Assembly (NCBI GenBank): GCA_013239625.1
Contig: MU054323.1
Coordinates: 6,065,220-6,129,219, forward strand
DNA: 64,000 bases
Source of the DNA: Lama guanicoe
Lineage: Eukaryota
Reading direction: 5' to 3'
Made by a program: the position numbers and the translations under genes. Positions 1 through 13,412 of this stretch are shown here, piece after piece. Each line of letters opens with the position of its first letter. Within the stretch, counting starts at the first letter, position 1. The notes under the pieces are model-generated. The model was not told the DNA's origin and searched no databases. It was given only the letters and a program-made list of their open reading frames with translations.

Positions 1-1756
1 AGGAGTCAACCAGGCACTTCCCATGCACGTCCTGACTTGGACCCCTCCTCAGACCTGGGAAGAACAGGGTATCTCCTTGTACAGGTAGAGAAACTGAGGC
101 TTAGGACATTCAGTCCTTACCAGGGGGACTTGGGTAATGAAGGAACAGGGACCCTAAACCCCTCACTCTGGATGCCCTGATGTTCTGACCCCAAAGGCAT
201 CATGCTACCTGTGCCCAGAAGGGCACATCGTCCCCTGCTCTCATCCCCACCACGCCCCTCCTCCTGTCGCTCAGGACTCAGCCTCTTCCTCCAGGCAGCT
301 TTCCTGGACCCACATGGCTAGGTAGGTGCCCCGCTCTGTCACAGCATTTGATCTCTCCAGGTTGCACCTGTTTCCTTGCCTGCCTCTCTGACCATCTGAT
401 CTGCTGGAGGGCAGAATCCTTATTCTACTCAAACCACAAAGGATGAACAAATGGTGGTCCCAGGAGATGGAGGACGGTAAACTCCAGCTCAGGCCCCTGG
501 ACCTGGCCATCTGCTTCCAGACCCTCGGGCACCACGCTCCAGCATGGGCTTACCCTCTCAGCCCTAACTTCAGTGTGTGGCTTCCTCAAACTGGAGCACC
601 TCCCGCTTTCAGGGCCCAGCTTCAGGCCTCATCCTTCTACTGGGCAGGCCTTCCCAATGCTACGTGAGTGCCGGACAAGAAGCCAGCCTTCCGCATGGAG
701 GATAGCAAGACAGCATCTACACACAGCACCCTTGTGTGCTTGGCTCGGATCTAAGTCCTTTGCACTTATTAATTTGTAATCCTATAGTGAAGGTCTGGAC
801 TTTTCTCTATTTTAGGGGTGAGGAAAGGAGGGTACGGGGAGGTCCACCAGCTTGCCCAGCTCACCCCACTTGTTAAGTAGCAGGACTTGCATGTGAACCA
901 GGCCGCCCAGCTCTAACCACCACATACAGTGAGAAACTCCCTCCTGCCCTGAGGAGTTCAGCGTCTGCTAGAGGAGACAGGCTTCTGCTGTCACAGTAGG
1001 CCCCGGTGCAGAGGAGGAAGCCATCCCACACAGATCTCAGGCCTCAGACAGAGCGTCAGAGGTAATGGGGTAGCCTGGAATGTGCTAGAACATCCATCCC
1101 TCCCTCCCTGGAGAACTGGCAGTTGCCAGGTTCCAAGGGGCCTGCCCAGTGGGACTTGGAGGCCTTCGTGGCCCCTCGGTGCTAGCCTGTGCCCTGCGGG
1201 AGGGACGGGCCCTGGCAGCCCTGCGCCCAGGTTTACACCGCAGTGGCCGGAGGACGATGCACTGTCTGGGGCCAGTCTGTTTGCCTGCCCCTCGTAGAGG
1301 GAACGGGCTGTTTTCTCCCTCCTGTAATTGTTACCATCTGTCTCCCTTCATCGTGTTTATTGATGTTTTCTTGTTTTAAAGCTGAAATGAGTCAGATTGG
1401 AAGCTGATTTAGGAAAAAGTGTCTGAGAGGGAAGCTCAAAGTGGCCATGGGGGACTCTGTGCTTCAGGGCCACTGGAGGGAAAAAAGAGTCCATGGGGCA
1501 AACAGGGGGTGTCTGCCAGCGTCACCTGCCCTGTGGGGGCTGGAGCCCCGCTGCAGCCCGAGCAGGCTGGGGCTGTGTGGGTCTGTGCTGGAGTGTGGAA
1601 GCCATGTGTGGGGGCTTGGTGTGTGAGCAGGCAAGTGTGTGTGCATGCACACTTGTGCACCCACGTGAACATTCAGCGGCCATTCTATCAGGGATTTTAA
1701 GTCAGTACCTTGTGCGTCCCCCTTCCTATCCCCATTCACTAGGCTCTTGATTCCTT

Positions 1757-1882
1757 TTCTTTTTTCTTTTTTTGGGAGTGGGGCGGGATTAGGTTGTTTT
1801 TTTTTTAATGGAGGTACTGGGGATTGAATCTAGGACCCCGAGCATGCTAAGCATGGCACTCAATCACTGTGTACCCTACCCA
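1757..1882 (-). mobile_element. tRNA-derived SINE resembling camelid vic-1, with a 14-bp target-site duplication
   Basis: The minus strand reads gggtagggtacacagtgattgagtgccatgcttagcatgctcggggtcctagattcaatccccagtacctcc (tRNA-like head with a degenerate B box), then A-rich tails. Exact TSD gctcttgattcctt at 1743-1756 and 1883-1896. Confidence 0.85.
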
Positions 1883-3129
1883 GCTCTTGATTCCTTATTG
1901 CTGTTATAAACCGAAGAAGGGTGCCCTGGGACTCTGCCCCTGGCTACCTGGGTCTGCGAGCCCAGCACAGCTCTGAGACCTTGACCTGCAATTCAGACCA
2001 GCTACCACCAGAGCTTGCGGTGCCCTGGCTTTGGGCTCACGGTCAAACAGCGAGGCTTCCTTAGATGTGGTATGTGAATCAGAATCCAGCCTGCTTTCCT
2101 CTCCTTTGTCCTTTTGTAATAATCCATAGCCTGGGGTTGGTGCCCTGGCTCCAGCAACCCAGAGAAAGGGGACGTAGAAGGAAAACTCTGCCTTGAGCAC
2201 AGCATCCTTCTTGCATTCTTGGGCTCCCCTAAATGTAATAATAGCTGCCACTTGCTGAGCCCCTGCTTTGCCCCAGCTTCCGTGATAAGCCCTGGAAACG
2301 CGGGGTTTCTGCTCCTCGCCAAAATCAGTCTTTGGAAGGAGAATTATCAAGCCGGTTTTCTAGATGAAGGAGCAAGGGCTCTGAGAGGTGAATTGACTTT
2401 TGCAAAGTCACAAGGCAAGTTAGAGGTGGTGCAGGCCTCAAACCCAGACCCTCCACCTGCAGGGCCAGGGCTCTGATCAGAATGATGATGGGACGTGCTA
2501 TCAGGAGGCCCACGTGCTACCAGCTGGACAACTGTGTGTGGCCGCCCAGGCTGGCTGGGTTTCCCCCAGAAGTTCTCTGATCCTGCTTCTGCCCTTGTAC
2601 CTTTCATTCCAAGCTCCTCCTTCCTGGGAAGCCACCTGGCATGTGCTCAGCCTCACTGCACGAAGCAGGGCGTGCATCTCACTCCACTTACTGAGATGTT
2701 TAGGAGCAAGCAAAGGAAACTTCTCGTGTCTGCATATTTAAGCGCTTTTATTAAGTGGAACAAGCTATTTCTGAACACTAGAGTAGCCAACAGCCTTAGA
2801 GGAAATTAAAATGAACCATGACAATGGAAAATTGCACAGGGGCACGGCGGATTCTCCGGAGATAAATACAACAAGGCTTTCAACAGCATTCGGGAAAGAC
2901 TAGAGATCATGGAGATTATGTTGTGAGAGAAAAAAGCAAACCACCAGAAAATTAGGGCTCAGGCTGGTGGGAGGACCAAGCGTATGCTGGCCGGGCCTGT
3001 GGGTGGCCCTCCACTGAACACCTTCAGGGTCTGCTGGACAAAGTGGGGCAGAGAGACAACGGGCAGATAAAGCTCGATCCAAGTCGGCAAGCATTTTCTC
3101 AACATCTACTGCGTGCATGCTTATGTGTG

Positions 3130-3491
3130 TGCAAGGGACTGAGCAGTGTTCCCCCAAAATTCATAGGGTTGAATTCCTCTGCCCCACAATGTGGTATTTA
3201 AAGAGGGGGCTTTTGGGAGACAGTTTGGTTTGGATGAAGTCATGAGGACGGGGGCCCCCAGGATGAGACTAGTGTCCTTATAAATAGAGGAAGAGACTAG
3301 AACTTTCTCTCTCTGCCGTGCGAGGCCACAGTGAGAAGGCGGCTGTCTGCAAGCCAGGAGGAGAGCCCTCGCCAGAACCCCATGTTGGGTACCCTGATCA
3401 CCGCCTGCCAGCCCTCAGAATTGTGGGAATTTCTGTAGTTATGTCACCCAGTCTATGGTATTTTGCTATGGCAACACAAGCTTACTAATAA
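3130..3491 (+). mobile_element. MaLR solo LTR (MLT1A-like)
   Basis: Typical blocks: cccccaaaattcata..gttgaa, gtgtccttataa, gtgagaaggcggctgtctgcaagccaggagg, cacccagtctatggtattttgctatggca. Confidence 0.85.
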
Positions 3492-6400
3492 AGGGGGGGA
3501 CTGAGATGGACACCCCAATCTGAGCCTCAGAGAACTCCTGGGTTTTGAGAGTTGTAAATGGCACACCTAAGGGTTCGACAGATACCAGCTGTTATGATTA
3601 TGATTCCTCCTGTGCACTCCCCTCGGCCAGAGACCACTCATTGCTGTGTCTCCAGCACAGGATAGCTTCTCAGTAAGTGTGGGGTGAATGAATGAGTGAC
3701 TGAATGATACGTCTGAAGGTGGCAGGCCCACGCCCAGAATGGGCGGAGCTGTGGTATCCAGGCAGCAATGCAAGGAGGTGAAGGGAAGGAAGCCCACACA
3801 GTCTGCTGAGGAAGGGGTGTCAGTTGAGGGGCTTTGTCTGGATCCCCCCTCCCTGACCCAGGATCCAGGCAAGCAGCCACGGGCAGAAAGACCCTCAGGC
3901 CATCTCCTAGCCGTCTCCATGGTGAGTCTGGCCCAACGGCCCCAGGCATGGTACAGTGCCTGCCCCATCCTCTTGCAGGGCAGGGCCAGAGCTTTACACT
4001 GCTCTGCTCACCCAGAACCCCACTCCTCCTCCCACATCACCCCAGAGGAGAAGGCTTTCCGTCCTTCTACCCCAAGAGGGCCTGCTTCCATCTCTCCCGC
4101 CCCTCTTCACCACCTGTTAAGGATTTTACCACTTTCCCTCTTGCACCTGGACCTCCAGTGAGTTTAGATAGAATCTGTCTGCACCAGAAAGCTTTCCAAA
4201 GCCTAAAAAGATGGGCTGGAGCTGAATGATGCCATTTCCTTAAAAAAAAAAAAAACCACTTGACCCACCTCGGTTCTGAACTAATGTAGCTCAGCGGGAC
4301 TGTGGCCAAGGGCATGCCCCGCCCTCCGGACCCTGTCTGGCGCTGCGCTGCTCTCCCTACAGAGAGCCCAGGCGGGAGAAAGCACCAGGCAGTGGGGAAG
4401 GTCAACTGATCGGTGTCCCCCATAGGGCGCTTCCGGAATATTCTGCCGCAGAGCAGGTCATCCCACCAGGCTCCCAGCCCCGCACTGCATCGGACTGTAG
4501 GCTCCAGTCCTGAGATGCACACCCGGGCACTGACTTGCTTCAGTGAGTCTTGAAGTCCTGGCAGTAAAGCTGCTTCAGCTCCTTCCGCTGTGCCTCCCCA
4601 TCTGAGGAGCCGCCTCACAGCGACGTTTGTGCTGCATTGTTTGTTTCTTTGTCCTGCCTGGCCTCGAGGTGACCCTGCCACAATCCTCCCTCTTGTTAGG
4701 CTTCTAACGAGGTCGCCGAAGATGTCTGTGTCAGGACCGTCTTACCCGGCGAGAGAGTCAGGCTCTCAATCGCCTTCTGCTCGGAGAGTCAGCCGTGAGA
4801 GTCACGCGGCACAGGGCTGAGAACTCAGGACTGGTCCCCCTCGCTGGCGAGCCTTTGTCTGTAACAAGAAACAAGGGAGGCTTCACCCAGGCCCACAGCT
4901 CAGAAGGTGGACCGTGAGTTTGGGTAGGAGTGTCGGGTGTTTGTTGAGGGAGGGACCCCAGGGGAGCCACAGGCAGTGGGCCAGTACTCATTCTTGGGGT
5001 TCTTTCTGGCTCGGCGGATCCTGTATGCAAGGAAATCGTATTTAATCCTAGAATGCCCTCTTCAGAGGGGCTGGGAGAGCCTTGGGGGCAGAGGGGCCGG
5101 GCCAGTCCCCAGACAAGCTGTCCCTGAGAGCCTGCTGCTTCCCCTGCCTGGGGTGGTCAAGAGCCCACTCCAGGAAGGCCTGGCTCCAAATTCCTGCTGG
5201 GCGCTCAGAGGGTCGGCCTCGGAGGGCCGGGCCAGATGAGCACATAGTTCAGTAACAGACCCGCGTTTGCCCGCACCCACTCTGAGCTCAGCCGCCCTGT
5301 ACAGTGGACTTTTCCTCACCAGATTCACTGAGGATTTCAAATCTGAAGATAACGAAAGCTCCTGGACGTGGGTGTGGTCTGAGGTGTGTCTGCAAGTCTG
5401 GAGCTGTCCCCGGGGAGGACGGGCAGGTCACAGGCTCTGAGGCTGCGAGGTCAAGGGGTGGTCCCAGAGTCACCGCCTGCAGGGCCAGCATTTGGGAAAC
5501 GTCCATCAAAGATCAGAGCAGGGCTGCCCCTGCCTCGCCTACCTTCCCGCCCACTCTGGCGACAAGAATGAAGCTGGGTCACCGCGCTCTGGAGGGAGCT
5601 GCGTTGTCACCAGTGTGGAGGTGAGCAGGAACAGGCCGGGCAGGTTACAAGGCACACGGCTGTCAGGGGAGCCGTGAGGGCCGATTGAAGGGGGCGATGA
5701 AAGGCCGTCCCAGCGCCGCGAGCAGGTGTCCCTCGCTCTCCTCCGCAGCCCCGTCTGTCCGTCTGGGCCACTGGCTCCCTCACATCACAGGCGTCTGCTG
5801 AGGGCCAGGCCTGCCCTGCACCTTTCAGCAGAATGAAAGGGAAACTGATATCAGAGGGGAGCTGAAGCACAGAAAAGGCCTCTTTCTTTTCAAAGACTTT
5901 CGTTTGTGATGGGCTTTTTTTTCTGGGTGATCTTATTTCAAAGCCCCTTTGAAAATTTTGTGGGTTTTTGTAATGGATGAAAAGTTACTTGGAAATGGGA
6001 CTAAGAAGTTTTCAGTTGAAAGTTGTTAGAGAAACGTTGAAAGCTTTGAGTTGTAAGGTCCCGCCAGATTTATCATTTCCTTTGTCCACAAGGCCCATCC
6101 GTTGGGAGGGGGCCTGGAGGAAGGGGCTGGGGGCCTGGACAGGGCACACGATAGAGCACAGTGCACAAACCGGCCCCAGCCACGGTTGCTTTATGTTTGC
6201 AGGGGAGGCCATCTGAGCTGAACTTTCAGCAAAACTGTTTCCAAGGTATAGACTTTGATGCTGGAAAAGGGAAAAGCAAATATACTTCCAGAATACTATA
6301 GGAAGCTGGGTTCTGTCAAAGACAATGGCTACCGCACAGAGGTTTCAAATCAGAAAAATCATTATGAAAGAAGATAGGGCCCAAACAGACCTGAGAGAAG

Positions 6401-7261
6401 GGGCCAGAGCAACACTGGCGTGAGCCCTGGAACACATCCACGCTGGAGAACCGGCAAGAGAAGACGCCAGTGAACAGCGCGGCAACCAGGCAAGGCACGA
6501 GGAAGCCGGTGTTAGGGATCAGAGGAAAGGGAGGGGAAATGCTGCTGGCTTTGGTGTTGGGAGCTGACTGTCCATTTAAAGGGGATGGTTTCACTAAAGT
6601 GCAGGGGTGGGAAGAGTTAAGGAGTGAAAGCTGAGGGTAACAGGGGTGGGTACCAGGTGTCCTGAATTCTATGTGGATGACCACAGAACAGGGGGGAACA
6701 GGAAGGCAGATGGATGCTGGAATGGCAAGTGAAGTGGTCACACAAGGATTTTTTGGTCCCCAGGTTGGAAAGCCAAGGGGAAGGGGCTGGTGGAGAGGGA
6801 GAGGGAGAGGGAGTAGGGTGCTGAAGGTAAAGGGGACGTGAGGGGTGGAAGTGCATCACCAGCTTTGGAAAGGGTGCCAGTCTGGGCCACCCTGGTCTGA
6901 GACTGAAGAATTGGCCCCATTGGAGAGGGCCAAGACCTCACTGGCAGGGGTTGGCGGAACACGTCCGTGGTGGCTTATGGTCTCGGGGGTCTGAGTGGGT
7001 GGGACAGGTGATGGAAGCACACTGGAGTTGGCTCCCCGGCCCCAGCGTGCAGTCAGAATCAGGGCAGAAGGCCCACTTGGGCTGGACGCTGCGGGGGAAG
7101 GAGAGGCCATAACTGGTACTCCTGTGGTCACCGGGGTAGGGATCCAGGGGTAACCCCAACGGGGTAAAGTGGACACGGCCTTGATATGGGGCTGTCCACC
7201 ACAGCAGGGGTGGCCTGGGAACATTCCAGCCATCACAGAGCACTTCTGAGGGTCTCAGAAT

Positions 7262-7432
7262 GGAACAGACCTGGGTTAGAGCCCCAAGTCTGTCGTGCTG
7301 TAGCCATCATCGGACTTCTCTGGGCCTTACTCTCATTTGTAAAATGAAGGTGAGAGCAGATTTCCTCAGTAAAGGAAATCACATCATGCCCATGTCTGGC
7401 CTGTAGGAGGCGCTCAATACATGTGAACCATT
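7262..7432 (+). mobile_element. MIR SINE remnant
   Basis: cagacctgggtt...ctcatttgtaaaatgaagg...aggcgctcaatacatg. Confidence 0.65.
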
Positions 7433-8439
7433 AGAATGGCAGCAGGCCGGGCAGCCCCCTCTCACCTGTGCCTGGCATCCGTTTATGGCTGGGGTTTGTT
7501 GGGTCCTTATGATGGTCTAGTAAGAGAGAGAAAGCACCAGAGGTGGTTGATGGTTTCAAAGTAAAATGTTCGCAGATGACCCTCAGGCTGGGCACGAAGC
7601 CTGGAGTTGCACGGCCAGGTTTGGGGCTGACCACTGGTCTCTTCAGTTCTATCTCCCACCCCAGCACTTGGCTGCCCTCGACAAGCTGTCCCCCAGGGTC
7701 GAGCCCATCTTACTCCATCCCTTACCCACCCCCATCACATCCTCTGCCCCCACCCAGGCTCCTGGCAGGACGCTTGCCCTCCAGAGCCATCATCATATTC
7801 CGTAATATGATTGGAATCTGAATATATATTTAAAATGACAAGTTTGAAATTAAAATTTAAATAAAGAATTACTTTTCTGTAAGTTGTTCCGAAAGCAGTA
7901 ATTTAGCAGCAAATTGATAGAGAAAGGTAAGCACTGGTCCTTTAAACCATCGTGCAGTTTCCGGCATGCAAGCCAGAAGTGTCTCAATTTAACACATCAT
8001 TGGTTAGTATTATTAGAAATTTCACCGGGCTCCAGAGCGCATTGTGGCGCTGCTCAGAAGGGGTGCCAAGGGCGCGGCCTGGGTTCAGCAGGGGGCAGCC
8101 TGGTTAATGAGGGCAGGAGGGGCTCTGGAGAGCCTCCCCTGGCCCGCAGTGGGGATTTAACTGCGATTATTTTCTTGTCTGTAGTTCAGTAGCAATCATG
8201 AAATGAGAACTGCGAGGCCCATAAATGCCATTTGGTCTTCCCAGAGGCCACAGATTTATAGGTCTGGTGTCTGTCAACTCGTTTTTCAGGCCCCTTGAAA
8301 CCTAGACTGGGAACAGAAGTCCCTGAAGACAGCATCACCCATCTGGCTCCCATGAGCCACATGAACAAGACCCCAAAAATCCGTCCCAATCGGGACCTGC
8401 CCAGCAGCATCAGCCCCTAGGTTCCCCACATTGGGGCAC

Positions 8440-9207
8440 AGAGGCCTGCAAACTTGAAAGTCATTTCCCCACACAGTGAGGCCCATGAACTGCGTCAGTT
8501 GGTAGGCTTGTTAAAGAGCCACATTTGGGTCTCCTACTCCAGATCTACTGAATCAAAAGCTCTGAAAATGGGATCCAGAAGCCCATGTTTTGGGGTTTTT
8601 TTTAACATTTTTTATTGATTTATAATCATTTTACAATGTTGTGTCAAATTCCAGTGTTCAGCACAATTTTTCAGTCATACATGGACATATACACATTCAT
8701 TGTCACATTTTTTTCTCTGTGAGCTACCATAAAATTTTGTGTATATTTCCCTGTGCTATACAGTGTAATCTTGTTTATCTATTCTACAATTTTGAAATCC
8801 CAGTCTATCCCTTCCCACCCTCCACCCCTCTGGCAACCACAAGTCTGTATTCTATGTCTATGAGTCTATTTCTGTCCTGTATTTATGCTTTGTTTTTGTT
8901 TGTTTGTTTTTGTTTTTGTTTTTTAGATTCCACATATGAGTGATCTCATACGGTATTTTTCTTTCTCTTTCTGGCTTACTTCACTTAGAATGACATTCTC
9001 CAGGAGCATCCATGTTGCTGCAAATGGCGTTATGTTATCAGTTTTTATGGCTGAGTAGTATTCCATTGTATAAATATACCATATCTTCGTTATCCAGTCA
9101 CCTGTTGATGGACATTTAGGCTGCTTCCATGTTTTCAGAAGCCCGCCTTCTTAACAGCACCCCTAGCATCTTCTAACATGCACTCACATGAATCAGAGGA
9201 CCCCTGC
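8440..9207. mobile_element. MER5A-like hAT DNA transposon remnant, split by an L1 insertion (halves at about 8440-8584 and 9136-9207)
   Basis: Left half: gcttgttaaaga...ctccagatctactgaatcaaaagctctg...gggatccagaa. Right half: ttaacagcacccct...ttctaacatgcac...gaggacccctg. The two halves follow MER5A consensus order. Confidence 0.6.
8588..9135 (-). mobile_element. 5'-truncated LINE-1 3' end, probably lineage-specific
   Basis: T-rich tail plus antisense L1 3' blocks: tttagattccacatatgagtgatctcatacggtatttttctttctctttctggcttacttcacttagaatgac, and catccatgttgctgcaaatggc. Flanked by cagaagccc at 8576-8584 and 9136-9144. Confidence 0.9.
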
Positions 9208-12200
9208 CATGGGGGTGGTTGATGCTCTACCTGTGTGATCTTGGAATCCTTGCTCTCGTGGATAAACTGCAAGCCCTAGAAAGCCAGCTGTCTAGGTATA
9301 AACCCCTGAGCTGATGTAAAAAACCCAGGCACCAAAATATCCTCCTCCGCAGCCTAGATTTCCACCATTAGAACACTGTTCCTTTAAGTAAGAATTGCTT
9401 TCTAGCTTTCACCTTTGTAGTGTGAGGGACCCTGAGAGGGCCCCACAGTCGGTCCCTGATACACCAGTGTGAATTAGTTTACCAAAAGCTGGCCTCTGTC
9501 AGTCCCCATAGGTGGACTTGGGCACTATGATGCCCATAAGCGCCTTGTAGGGGGAGGGATGCTGAAAAGGAGGTGAGATGTCCACTCATTGCAGGGAGCA
9601 GACTGTCCAGCTATGTTCAGTCCTGGAACGGGCAGCTGCTAGGAGGTGATTCCCAGGGCAGCTCAGGGCCTCATGGTCGTGGTCGGAGAAGCCTGAGCAC
9701 CCACGTCTGCTAGGAGCCCCATGGGAACCTGCTCTCGCTGTTCTCAGAGGAGACCTGAGATCCCTCCAGAGTGAGGGGAAAAAGGAAATAAGAGCATTCA
9801 CTGCCAATGCTGGGCCCAGGACACCAGAGCCACCACCATCCTTGTGCTCCCAAATCAGTGTGGCTCGGCCACTCACCTCTGCAGAATGTGGACTTGGAGC
9901 TGTGCTGGTTTCCTCGCATCGCCCGGCTCCCAGACTGAAATCTCACTCCAGTGTGTCTAAGCAGCCGGCACAGGCCTGTGCTCTAGCTGCAAGGGAAGCT
10001 GGCAGGGCACGTACTGGCTTCCCCCTCAAGATAGGGGCGAGACAGCGGTGTTCAAAAGGGGCCAGGCAGTGAGGAAAAAATTTGTCAAAGGTCCACTGCA
10101 GGGCTCAGGCTACATCAGCAGTCCCTCGTCAGAAGGGGCCCTTGGAATACTAAGCCAGGGGCTGTGGGGGTGTCTCACCAAAGCAGGTCTTTCCCAAGTT
10201 GGGTGGGAATTCCTGGGAATCATGAGATAAAAACCAGGCTGCAGATGAAGCTTGGAGTGCAGTCAGCCCTGGGTGGCCCCCTGCTGTCCTCCCTGTGGCT
10301 TGTGTCCATCAAGGCCATTTCTCACCCCCCTCAACCCCCTTCCCCCCAGCTGGGTGTGCCTTGGTGTCCTGTGGTGATTCTGGCCCAGAGGAAGTACTGT
10401 CTGATCAGTTAAAGCAAGATGAAGGCTGGGGGACTCCAGGCTCCCCTGTGGGGAGGGGGCTCACTGCTGTATTCAAGGACACTCAGCAGATGGCAGTCCC
10501 TACCAACCACACCAGTGACAAGAGTGTTCAGACTTGCAGGCTCCAGTCTGTGGAGGCAGGTTCCTTGGCAAGAGAGGGACATGAGTGCTGGCACTGTCCT
10601 TCCCCCTAGAGGAGGCCCACGTGAACCCCAGAAGTGGACTCTGGAGTCTGGCTCTGCCAAATGTATCGAGGCTGGAATCACACCAGCTGCTGTGGGGTCC
10701 TTTGATGGCAACTTTGGCCAGAATCACCTGCCTTATTGAATCCTACCTAGCCTTTGTGGTCCAACATCAGCTCTTCCTGACTTCTGGGTTCCATTGATTC
10801 ACCCCCTTCTGACGTTCTTGGGTAAATAGCGGAAGAAACTGAGTTCTGGTTTCCAGGCGATCCCCCAGCCCCACGGAGGTAGGAGTCAACCTCAGCACGC
10901 CACGTCTTCCACCATGCCCAGGAGGGGTGAGAGGGGGTCCGTGGACTGGGCCACTAGGCCTCCAAGCAGCCTCCGACAGCATCCAGGGCAATGGTGTTAG
11001 GGGTCCCAGCACATGAGGCCCTCACTGTCTGGAAAGGTCATCTCCCCAGTGAGGGGAACTCATTGCATCAGGTTTCCCAAGCACACTAAGCCACTTCACA
11101 TCTCTGTTCGGTTACTCTTCTGAAGTGCACTGTGCACTCATGAACCAACAGTGATGAACACTCCCACTGTTGGTCAACACGATAGTGCAGAGACCGTGCC
11201 TTCATTCATTCGTTCCCCAGGCACCTACACCCAGCTGGCCCCAGCTGGGCCAGGTACCATGCAGGCCCCTGCCATCCTGGAGCTCACCCGCCCGTATCGG
11301 CCCTGGCAGGTCAGTACCAGCCCTGGAAGGTTGCGTTCTGAGGCTGTGATTATCACATGCTCAGGGCATGGAGTGAGAACAGTCAAGGCATGGGAGGGTC
11401 CCAGGGTATCCCTTCCAGTCATCTTTCAAACCTCCCTGACCACCTGGCATGCTGCTGGTCGATACGGCACCTGTACACAAGGGAGAAAAAAAGGGCTTCC
11501 TCTGGGTGGACAAATTAGCCAAAGCTCCCTCCTGGCTGTCAAAGCTTCGTGGGTGCACAGCCTGGTGAGCAAATGGTGCTCTGTGGAAAGAAAAGCACCT
11601 CTGCCTCCCCAGGCGTGTCAGCCCCCTTGTCCCTGCTGCCAGGCATCCTCACACCGCCTGCAGCCCCACGTGCTGTCCCCTAAATGGGGCAGGGCCCCGG
11701 TGCCGCTCTGTGGGCGACGAGTAACTGATTCTCCCCAAGCTGACAGAGCACAACCCAGGGGCCCCGGGAGGCTTGTCGCAGGTGGAGGTTCCTAGCCCCT
11801 CTGACCTACAGGCGCTTCAGCCCATGGCGCCCTTCACAGAGCATCATCCGTAAAGGATCGGGGTCCTTAGTGTTCTTCAGTCACTGAAAGAAGCGGGATG
11901 CTGTCAGCCACCGTAAAAATGTGACCTTTGAAAATTTACAAGAGCTCAGGGTTTAAAAGCTGCTGCGTTAATGATGCATCCCATTAGCATCTCATTAAAG
12001 GGAAGCAGAGAGAAGACTGCTCGGGCCAGATGATGGGCAGGTAGGGCCACTTGGAGGAACCGGGCAGGAGGAGGGCTCTCCTCTGCTGCCGCTCTGTGCC
12101 GAGTGCCACCGTGTCACGGGAGCTGAGCAAAGCCAGGAACTCAGGGGAGAGGCCAGGTGTCTTCATGGCTTCACTGATGTCCTGGCAACGGCAGTGGGAG

Positions 12201-13393
12201 GGGTTGAGAGGAGGCTTCTTCAGCCCTCCCCTCCTCGCCCAGCTGGAGCTCTTCTCCTAGTTGTTGCCTGTGCATTCTCAGGGGTTGGCAGCCCCCTAGC
12301 GAGAAGTGAAACTGGGGGAGTCCTGGCATTTGGGCTGGGGGTGAAGTTGTTGACCTTGGGACTCTGAACCAAGGGGGAAGGCTTAGTAGGAGCAGAGTTC
12401 AGAGCCAGAGCTGCAGACCCACACTTGGTCACCTCGCATTTTCTTTGGGCCTGGGGCCCTTTGCAGGAGGACGGGGCTCCGGTCGGGCCGAGCTGCCTCA
12501 CATCACCTGCTGCAACATTCCTCACCACCTGGCCAGCCGGGCGCCAGGGCAGGGCGCCCAGCCCGCGTCCGTGTTTTCTCTGGAGGGAGTGAAGGAAGGA
12601 ATGTTCATTTCTTTATTTCAATAAAATAAATACAAATCCTGAATTGCAAGTTGCTCATAGCTTCAGAGGTTGCTAGTGCCAAATAGAACAAGTGAGTCCT
12701 TATTTATCTTTCCTAAAGCAAAAAAGATAGGCTGTTTTCCTTCTCATGGCAGCACCACTGTCTTGTACATACGAGCTCACTTTAACGGTCATGAAAGACA
12801 CAGGCAGGCAGCATGCCTGTTGTAGCCACAACTCGGCCCCCAGCACCCAGCTTCCTTCTGGGGCTCGGGTCACAGTCTGCTTGGCCCGGAGCAGCCCCTC
12901 GAGAGCAGGGCTGAGTGTCAGTGACCGCGCGTCCCCTGTGCCGTGGGCAGGGCCAGGCACAGAGCAGGGGCCCGGTGCTTATTTAGTGAAGAATCAACCG
13001 ACGAACCAGCAAAGGTGCAAGAAAGCAAGCCAGCAGGAGCGTTTTGCAATCAGAAGCCTGAGGAAAAGTGGGCAGTTTTTTAAGTTCAGAAACTCCCCTA
13101 ATTTTAGGGCAAAAACTGGACCTCCTAAAGTGTTAAGAGGCTGGCTACCCACTCTCAAGGAGGAGACCCCAACCACCCCTTCTCGTGACAGTGGCTGCTG
13201 TAAGGGCCAGGCCCAGGGCCTCCAAGTTCACAGAACCTTTCCCTACCCTGTCAAGTTGCCAGACGAGGCGGGGTGGGGGGGGTCATGAAAGCTGATTCAG
13301 CAGTGGGGGAGGGCAGCTGCAGGAGGACCCGGAAAACCTAACCTGCCTCTGGCCTAGGAGGCCGCCAGGAATTCCAGGCAGCAGAGAGGGGCC

Positions 13394-13412
13394 GCAGCGC
13401 CCCCTACTGGCA
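13394..13412 (-). promoter_or_regulatory. Predicted CTCF motif (reverse orientation)
   Basis: The minus strand reads TGCCAGTAGGGGGCGCTGC, matching the CTCF core CCASYAGRKGGCRS at every position. Confidence 0.7.

Noticed and set aside
1810..1882. tRNA-like sequence as a tRNA gene
   Set aside because: It is the degenerate head of a SINE, with an A-rich tail and a TSD.
7397..7415. Additional CTCF-like motifs (also near 10481 and 32072)
   Set aside because: Each mismatches a core position, and the first lies in a MIR remnant. Such partial matches are frequent in GC-rich DNA.
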